Below are positions 24,872 to 50,597 of a stretch of DNA of 64,000 bases, one piece after another. The stretch comes from Podarcis muralis (Eukaryota). The first letter of the stretch is position 1, and each line of letters begins with the position of its first letter. The translations under genes were made by a program, and so were the position numbers. Location: the NCBI RefSeq assembly GCF_964188315.1, contig NC_135656.1, positions 71,300,001 through 71,364,000 of the forward strand, read 5' to 3'. The notes below the pieces were generated by a model. The model searched no databases. It was not told the DNA's origin and saw only the letters and a program-made list of their open reading frames with translations.

Positions 24872-26459
24872 GAACTGTGAACCAAATTATAAATTAATGA
24901 GACTCTCCGGCTGCTCATTTCCATAATGCCTCTATCTGGCATAGTGGTGTGGACAGAAACTGTATCAGAGGGCTGCCTGCCACTCCACTTTGTATAAATT
25001 GGGGGGTGGGGGCAGCTTCTCCATTTTGCCAGGCCCGTGAATAAGAAAGCTTGCCACAGGCAACCACTTTGCAGTGGCCCAGAGTTTATGTAAAGAATAG
25101 GAGGAGCTGGAAATTCCAGCTGGCTTGTTTGTCCTCAGACCCTCCTGCTTCTGGTTCCCAGGCCTCTGCAGCCTTTTCTTTTATTTGATCCCATATTATA
25201 GGCAAATGCTTCTTCCTCAACAGCATGCCCCAAAGTAAAATCTATCTGCAGTTATTTCCAATGAAGTTTTCCTTTCCTTTGCTGCTAATTTCTTTAACCG
25301 CAGTACAGTATTTATTCTTTTAAAAACAGATCAATGCAAGCTCCAATTGCAGTGTGTAACAACCACAATAGCAGACTTAGCTCATAGATCCAGCTGCACT
25401 CATTTTTCTATTGCACATTCTGCACTGCTGCACATTCTCCACTCCAGCTCTGGATGAACCCAGTATATTTATAATGTAGAACCTATTTTTAACACTACCC
25501 AGTACTTTTGTTTCTTCTGCCTAGTTTTTCCAAAAGACCTCACTGTGTGTGTGATTCAGTTACCATTTTGACTGCACTGTTGCCATGCCAAATATCTAAA
25601 GTGTTGGATCTTTAAACAGAGGGACATGTCCAGCCCAATCCTACTATATTCAGTGGCCTTTCTCTAAGGTTAGTGCACCTGCGATTGCATTCCTGATTGG
25701 TAGGTTTACTTGCAAATCATGATAGGATTGTGGGTTTTTTAGTGTCTTAAAAAGCACATATTTGCTTGCTGGTCCTGTTTTCCAGAGCTGGAAATGCAAA
25801 GATGTGTATTTAATTTAGCACATTGGTAACTGGATCTGTTTGCCTATTTGATCCTCAGCTGTAATTATAGCAATGCAAATAGCAAAGGACAGCATCTTTT
25901 ATTAGGGTCTGTAAAATGTCTGAGCTGTGGATCTCAACCTTCATAAAGGGCAGAGAGAGGAAGAGAAATGCCCCTTAACACATTAAGAGAAATGTGGTGC
26001 TTTGAGTGATCAAAGTTGGTTCCAGTAATATTTTCAGGCAGGAGCTGACAATATGGCGGGGTAAGACAGCACTGCCTCTCAGGGTCCCTCTAGGTTGCTG
26101 CAAGAGAGGGAAGCAAGATAGCAGAGATCTCAGTGTAGTCCTCCCGGTGGCTTGGGTGCACCAACCTCCTCACCTGAATTGCCTTACTCATCTCTTCTCC
26201 CTCTCAGTAATAAGCCTGGACCTCGGAGTTGGGAAGTGAGGAAAGCAAGACTGCCCAATCCCACCAACAGCTGCTGTCTGCAGGACATTAGGTTACCTCT
26301 GCATTAACCTATTTCACTGTTAACAGGGATGGGGAACCTGTGGCCATTCAGATATTGTTGGATCACAACTCCCATCATCCCTCACTAGGAGGACCAATGG
26401 TCAGGGGTGATGGGAATTGTAGTTCAAAAACAGCTGGAGACCCAGGTTCAGGAAACTCT

Positions 26460-26553
26460 GATCAACCCCCTGCCATGCAGGAATCTTTCACCCAATGAGG
26501 GGCTTGAACCCACGATTCTGAGATTGAGCCTTATGCTCTTCTGACTGAGCTAT
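26460..26553 (-). mobile_element. tRNA-Lys-derived SINE with CR1-like tail (partial)
   Basis: The reverse strand reads tagctcagtcagaagagcataaggctcaatctcagaatcgtgggttcaagcccc. Same family as 32383 and 61968. Confidence 0.7.
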
Positions 26554-28721
26554 CTCTAAGGAAATTTATGGACCTATTAAATGAACAGGTGTAAGAAAAC
26601 AGGACCTACGTTCTGTCCTGTTCACAATGTGGGCAGGCAGGCATGATACAAAGGCAAAACAACCCCAAGACAGGCAAATGGAATTCAAATCCTATGGAGA
26701 TGTATGATAAAAGTGACTATCAAATTTAATAATAATAATAATAATAATATCATCATCATCTTAGGGAGAAAGTAACTTACAGAGATGATACCTTCGATTT
26801 TTGAAACATCTAATTCTGACATTGCCTCTGTGCATCAATTGCCCCTCAAGATCAAGCAATAAGCTTCATAAAGGATGGGGAGGGGGGAAGCAAACTAACG
26901 TAATAAACACAGCACGTTGTGTTTTGGGCACACAGGAAACGCTATCATACACAATATTGTGGGGAGACATAGATGCACAGAGGCTGATCCATCCCAAGAA
27001 TATAAGTGTGCCGTACAATCAAAAATTTCTGACTCCATCAAGTAGCAGCCAAGCAGCTGTTCCTAGCAGCCACAGACAGTGCACAAAAGTGATAGCCTAC
27101 CCATTCTGTCTAGTTAATAGCCAATGGTAGACTTGTCCTTCACTGAAACATTAATCCCCTTCTGAGATCCAGAGGAAGAGCAGGTGGCTCTGAGGAAGGA
27201 GCAGGTCATGGTAGGAACTCAGAGGGAGGTGAAGCTGTGATGGAGACAGACTTTAGTGTCCTTACAAAGAAGAAGATGAGACTGAATGGAGTTCAAGGAA
27301 GGAAGGAAGGGTGGGTGGGTGGGTACGTGGGAGTCTTAACTCATCATAGTCCACAGGAATTGAAAATGTATGAATATGTTGTTTCATAAGGGTGAAAGAA
27401 GGGAGGCAATAAAGTAACAGGTGTTTTTTTTCAGGATCAGAAAATGTTTATTGCCTCCTGACATAAAAGGTACATACTACAAGATATAATTAGGCTTTTA
27501 TTTTACATCATGTAAAAACAAATAAGAATGGTGAAGAGACTCAAGGCTAGCACATTTATGCATGTTGTCCTGGAGTTGCCAGTACAAATATACGTCTGGG
27601 TGTGGGCAATCGTAAAAAAAATAAGGTCAGAGGGAAATAAAAAGTGTAAAACTTCAGCCAGTGATAATTACATAGTTAACAGTGGTAATTTCCAAAACCA
27701 TTTTTTAAATGTGGATATCATGGCACCGTTAAGCACATGGAATGTGCGAGTTCTTTGTGTCAGTTCAGTTCACAAATGATATCGGTGAAAACTCCTGATG
27801 TATTGTAATTCAGTGGTTTCATGTCGCCATGTCTCTTTTGAAGTTCCTTTGCTGCAGGATAGCTATTTTCAGGTGTCCTAGGACCTAGAACGTTTCAGTG
27901 TTCCGCCATGTCCTTTTGAATATTGAGATTTCTGACATCAGATTTTTGACCATTTTGTATTTTGTGGCTCATTCCTCCTCTATAGAAAGCAAAAGGGCAG
28001 TGCTGGCAGATGATGGCAGACACCATGTTGGAAGGTGAGCAGGTGAACAATCCCCTGAGGTTTGGGATGGCATCATTCATCCTGAAACAGTTTTCCCAGA
28101 GTAAGTTCCCCATCTCCATAGCCCTGTCATGGGCATGTTGTTCCTTGGGAAGAGCTGTTTTGGATCAGGAGATGCATGTAAGGATGTATAAGTCAACAGC
28201 CAAGGCGTGTGAGAGGGAAGTGTCATTCTCCAGACTTGGGTGTCGATAACTGATGAAATGTGTGAGTGATTTCATTTGGGGGCTGTAAGTGGCATCTGCT
28301 TTGTTTTGCTGTATTAGATGAGCCTTGTACTTTGAGGAATGCCTGGTGTCAGTTGTTAAGCAGTGAGTCCTTATCCCGTGACCCTGAAGAGATGTAGCAG
28401 GCTTCATTTTAAGAAAGTAGCTGCCCTGCGGAGGGGGTGGGGAGAGAAGGCTGGTTGTGACTGTGGCAAGGAGGGCAAGGGACTTTAACCATTAATCCTT
28501 CCTTTTCCCGATCAGAATCGCAGTAGCAGGATAGCACTGACTGGAACCAAGAGGGGCTTTCCCAGCATTGCAAATAGCAGCCATGATAGGAGCAGGACAA
28601 TGCTGATTGAAAACATGAGAGCAAACAAAGTGTTACAGTCCTTTCTCCACTTCACACCCTACGCTTGACCAGGCTTGGGGCCCCTGAGCCAGCTCTTTTT
28701 ACAAAATGCAACATCTAAGAA

Positions 28722-29636
28722 TTATGAAGGCTTTGCTCTTGGAAGCATCCTGGCAGCTGCCTGCTTGAGCTTAGGATTCACCGACACCAGGATGGCAGCC
28801 TGCACAGGGGAATACGATATTATAACTGTTATACACACTGAAGTAGCAAATATGCTTTTTCCAGCTTGTCCAGTTATAAACAAGGTCTCTGCCACATAAA
28901 AAAATATGGAAAGAATCAGGAGGAAGAGCACTGTTCCAGCTGCCTTGACGTGGGCTTCTGTTTGAGGGCTCCTAAATTTGGATTCTTTACCTGTCATCTG
29001 GCAGACATGCCTACAGAGCGAGGTCACAACCAGGATGGAGCAAAGGAAAACTATAAGAAAGGGACAGACAGTATGACCAATTAGAAGCCAGCCTTCAAGA
29101 AAGCAGTCAAGCTTATTCTCTGTCTTCCCTTGTGTCATGTTTGCATTGTTGACTGTTGCATTGCTCATGAGAGAATTGCATTGCTCATTTTGAATTGCAA
29201 TGAAGGACGCAAGAAACGTGATGACAAGAGAGCCCCCAAGAAGCCAGGGCACCAGGCGCGATATCCTCAGCTTGCACCACAGGAAGAGGCAGTGTGTGCT
29301 GTTAACTATCTTGACGCAATAGAAGACGCAGAGCCAGGCAATGACCCAGAGTCGGGAGAATAGGCCAAAGGCTAAAAAGTAGAAATATACGCCAAATATT
29401 ACGCCGTCTCTGGTTTCAGGCTTTAACCCGTATCTAATTAAAAATGCAGTCAGAGTAAGTGTGAAGAAGATATTGCACGTACCCATGGATAGAATAAGTT
29501 GCTCCCTAGCAGCGAGGGTCTTGCATTTAGCCCATTCAATGACTATCACTGCAACTACAAAGCCATTGGAGACGAGCCCACCGAGGGCCAAGTCAATTAA
29601 AACCACCAGAAAGGTAATGGTCTGGGAAGAAGGCAT
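28722..29636 (-). CDS. TAS2R: Intronless bitter taste receptor (TAS2R family), copy 5, 304 aa
   Basis: Intact ORF with GLVSNGF, LWVIAWLCVFYCVKI, SLCRH, HVKA and NPKLKQAA. Confidence 0.93.
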   Translation of the reverse strand: MPSSQTITFLVVLIDLALGGLVSNGFVVAVIVIEWAKCKTLAAREQLILSMGTCNIFFTLTLTAFLIRYGLKPETRDGVIFGVYFYFLAFGLFSRLWVIAWLCVFYCVKIVNSTHCLFLWCKLRISRLVPWLLGGSLVITFLASFIAIQNEQCNSLMSNATVNNANMTQGKTENKLDCFLEGWLLIGHTVCPFLIVFLCSILVVTSLCRHVCQMTGKESKFRSPQTEAHVKAAGTVLFLLILSIFFYVAETLFITGQAGKSIFATSVCITVIISYSPVQAAILVSVNPKLKQAAARMLPRAKPS

Positions 29637-29738
29637 CTCTCCGGATCCTTTCAGACTGTTGTACAGGTAAGACTTTCAGCAACCAAAATTGTTGAGCTAA
29701 AGTGGAGAGTGTGAGTGAGTTAGCAGGGCTGCGGCATA

Positions 29739-29792
29739 CTTTTAAATAGGCTGGGGACCATGCAAACGAACCATGTGCTGGACTATGTAAAT
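29739..29792 (-). promoter_or_regulatory. TAS2R copy 5 proximal promoter: TATA-like box, variant octamers
   Basis: Sense-strand TATTTAAAAG at 29739-29748, ATGCAAAC at 29760-29767 and ATGTAAAT at 29785-29792. Confidence 0.55.
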
Positions 29793-30486
29793 GAATGGGA
29801 TTTTCAGGCTCCTCCTTTCCTTACTGCTTCTATCTCACATAGTGGTGTTGATACACTATACCAAAGGGCCTCCTGCCAAAGTTGTCTTGAGTGAGGGTGT
29901 ACTCCTTTTGGGTGGGTTTCAGAATAAGAAAGTTAGTGGCCCAGACTCTACTACTCAGGCAATAAATAGCAGTAGATGGAAATTCTGCTGTTGGCACCTG
30001 GAAGAAACCACCTTGCCTTCAGACTTTCTTCAGCCCACACTTTTTATTGGTTCCACTTTAAAAGCAAGTTCTATTTCCTTAACAGTAAGTTAGTTTGCGT
30101 CTCCAAACTAAAAGCCTTATGCAGTCCTTTGTAGCTGGTCATTCCTTTCGTAGCTGCTCATTTCTCCACCCCAACACACTATTTCTTCTTTAAAAACAGA
30201 TACAAGATTCTTAATACAAGATCAAAATCCAGCATGTGACAATCAAAATAGCAGTTAGTTCAGAGATCCACCACCACTCATTTGCTCATTGCACAGGATG
30301 CCTTTCTGCTGCTGCTTAAATCCACACCAGCACTACACCCATCCAAAGCTTATTCATAATGGAGTTTCTAATACTGTCAGATATCTTCGTTTTATTTTGC
30401 AAAAAGACCTCATTGCCTGTGTCATTCAGATTAACATTTTTGACTGTGCTCAAGGTTGTTGCTGCCATGCAAAGATCTGAACTTTT

Positions 30487-30561
30487 GAGGAGGTGGGAAT
30501 TAGTGCTGTTCACAATCTTGATACAATAGAAGACACACAAAGCCAGGCAATTACCCAGAGA
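30487..30561 (-). pseudogene. Orphan ~75-bp TAS2R TM3/ICL2 fragment
   Basis: Translates as LALCVFYCIKIVNSTNS and aligns with copy 5 at about 29280-29355. The flanks are ordinary upstream-region sequence. Confidence 0.75.
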
Positions 30562-30641
30562 TGGCAGACATGTATATATATTGATGAAACACACATGTAT
30601 ACTGCCCCAATCCTATTCATGCTTGGGATTTAATCCTAGTA

Positions 30642-30849
30642 CAGGGGTCTGGAACCTTTAAGACAAAAAGAGCCACTTGGACCGAAGAAAAAAAACCTGG
30701 GAGCCGCAAAACCATTGCGACATTTAAAACAGTGGGGAGTGTCAGGGCACACAATGCGTCTCCTCCCCTCGCTAGTATCCGTCCCGGAGCCGCGGCAAAG
30801 GTGTAAAAGAGCCACATGCGGCTCCGGAGCCGCGGGTTGCTGACCCCTG
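30642..30849. mobile_element. hAT-type MITE with 8-bp TSD TCCTAGTA
   Basis: TSD at 30634-30641 and 30850-30857; CAGGGG...CCCCTG termini. Confidence 0.9.
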
Positions 30850-31059
30850 TCCTAGTATATTCAATGGGCTTTTCCTAAGGCAAGGGCAGATAAGATTGAT
30901 CAGTTTACCAGTCAAATCATGATAGGGTTTTGTTTCTTTGGTGTATTAAAAAAGCACACAGATTTGCTTGTTGCTGTTTTCCAAAACAGGAAATGCAAAG
31001 ATGTGTCTTTTATTTAGCACAGTGGTAACTGTATCTGTTTTCCATCTCCGATGGTTCCT

Positions 31060-31450
31060 CATCTTCCTGGGGGAAAAGTGACAAATGAGGTGCCACAGGG
31101 TTCTGTCCTGGGCCGATTATTGTTGTTCAACGTCCTTTTGAATGACTTGGAGAAAGGCATTGAAGGGGTGCTCATCAAATCTGCAGATGACACCAAACTG
31201 GGAGGGGAAACTAAAAGACAGAATTTGGATTCAAAATGACCATAACATATTGGAGAACTGAGCCCAAACTAATACAATGAATTTCAATAGGGACAAATGT
31301 AAGGTTCTGCCCTTAGGCAAGAAGAGCCAGCTGCACAAATATAAAATGGGGGTTGTGGGCTTGAGCCCCACATTGGACAAAAGATTCCTGCATTGCAGGA
31401 GGTTGGACTAGATGACCCGTGTAGTCCCTTCCAACTGTACAGTTCTATGA
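31060..31450 (+). mobile_element. CR1 RT fragment followed by a SINE/CR1 tail
   Basis: [27 protein letters not shown], then gttggactagatgacc...cccttccaact. Confidence 0.85.
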
Positions 31451-31587
31451 ATATATAGTATGTGTAAATAACCATATATCATAAAGACACCACAGTCTCC
31501 ACCGTGCCTCATTAACAAAAGGAAACACGAACCCTGAGCAAGTGCCTAGAACCCTGGTAATCTCGCATCACTTGGAGATTAGGGTGG

Positions 31588-31720
31588 NNNNNNNNNNNNN
31601 NNNNNNNNNNNNNNNNNNNNNNNNNNNNNNNNNNNNNNNNNNNNNNNNNNNNNNNNNNNNNNNNNNNNNNNNNNNNNNNNNNNNNNNNNNNNNNNNNNNN
31701 NNNNNNNNNNNNNNNNNNNN
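31588..31720. other. Assembly gap (133 N)
   Basis: Run of N bases. Confidence 1.
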
Positions 31721-32024
31721 CCATTGGAAAAGTAAGTTACTTTGTGAGTTCCCAGGCACTGATAAGGTCAGCCATGCATTGAGCTTCAACAATGTTAGAG
31801 CATCATGCTTTGCATTAAGTATTGCCTGTACGCTGTTATTAATAGTTTCAGAGGAACTTTGAACTGTTTGTTCAACTTTGCACTGTTTGTTGCCCTTCGG
31901 AGTCAGGACTTAAAAAGAGGATTTCATTAATGGTTAAAAAAATGTAGGTTACACAAAGCCTGAATAATGAAGCTTTCTTTCAGCCAATGAATTTTGACAA
32001 AAAGGAATGAATTATTACTATTAA

Positions 32025-32030
32025 TTTATT
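32025..32030 (-). terminator. Candidate MST1 polyadenylation signal
   Basis: First AATAAA seen on the minus strand below the stop (about 835 nt); an ATTAAA lies at 32042-32047. Confidence 0.45.
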
Positions 32031-32382
32031 ACAAAGTTCTTTTTAATGATATAATAATAATACCAACAATATGGAAACTTATTTTGTAACAAGAAAGATA
32101 GACAGATGGAAGTTCTTAGGAAACCCGGTGCCTTGCTTAGCAGGGGATGCAGTGACATGGAGCCTGCAGTGTGGCCTCAGCCTATATGACAAACCTTGGG
32201 AAGGAGAAAAGGAACCTTCCTTCAAAGAGATGGGAAAGTGTGTAAAAGAGCTACTGCAATGGGGTTGCTGCTGGAGAGAGCATGACACCAATATTATTTG
32301 TTCAAACCTTCTGAAAGTGTGTGTTTCTGTATGGAAGGTACATAAACCAATGTAGAAGCCTGACTCGAAATGATTTTTAAAT

Positions 32383-32520
32383 TAGCTCAGGTTGTAGAGC
32401 ACAAGACTCTGAATCTCAGGGTTGTGTGTTTGAGCCCCACATTGGGCAAAAAGATTCCTGCTTTGCAGGGGTTGGACTAGATGATCCTTGTGGTCCCTTC
32501 CGACTCTACAATTCTGTGAT
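32383..32520 (+). mobile_element. tRNA-Lys-derived SINE with CR1-like tail
   Basis: The head resembles tRNA-Lys(CTT) and runs directly into the CR1 3' tail. Confidence 0.8.
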
Positions 32521-32864
32521 ACATGGGACTGTGCTGCGATGCATTCAAACAAATTACTACTGTATCAGTTTGGTGGTATTTTGTTCTATTGATATACCTG
32601 TGATTCCATGATGACAGCTATTCCTGAATCCTGTAGAAGGAGAAGAAAAGTGTGTCTGGGTTATGGCAGCATTTGTTTCAAAAGCATCGCCTATGTGCTC
32701 CAAAAGGGCAGGCTCAGCACAATGTTCCCCCAAAGTTCACAGCCTGTCTTGGAAAATGTCCTCCCATTTGGCAACACTGATCCTTATTAAAGGACCTCAG
32801 ATCTCAAGGATGGTGATTGTGGAGGAAGGAAGGCTTCATGATGAGTTGGTTCCAGCCACACAGC

Positions 32865-50468
<17,604 letters not shown>

Positions 50469-50550
50469 GATTCCCACCGGCAGCACCAGCCTTCCCAGCT
50501 TGGCTAAATGGATCTGCCAGCTGGGCTGTGCACACAGGAATATCCCAGCA

Positions 50551-50597
50551 GGAAGCAAAGGCACAGAGCCCCCCTGCCCCACTAGCCAAATATTTAC
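50551..50597 (-). promoter_or_regulatory. Candidate liver-type MST1 proximal promoter (HNF4-like and FOXA-like sites)
   Basis: GCAAAGGCA at about 50555-50563 and TATTTAC at 50591-50597, 85-130 bp above the ATG. Mammalian MST1 is liver-expressed and HNF4-regulated. Motif match only. Confidence 0.35.

Noticed and set aside
2864-29670. Short ORFs antisense or out of frame over the TAS2R genes
   Set aside because: By-products of the conserved TAS2R coding sequence; they are not preserved in length between paralogues.
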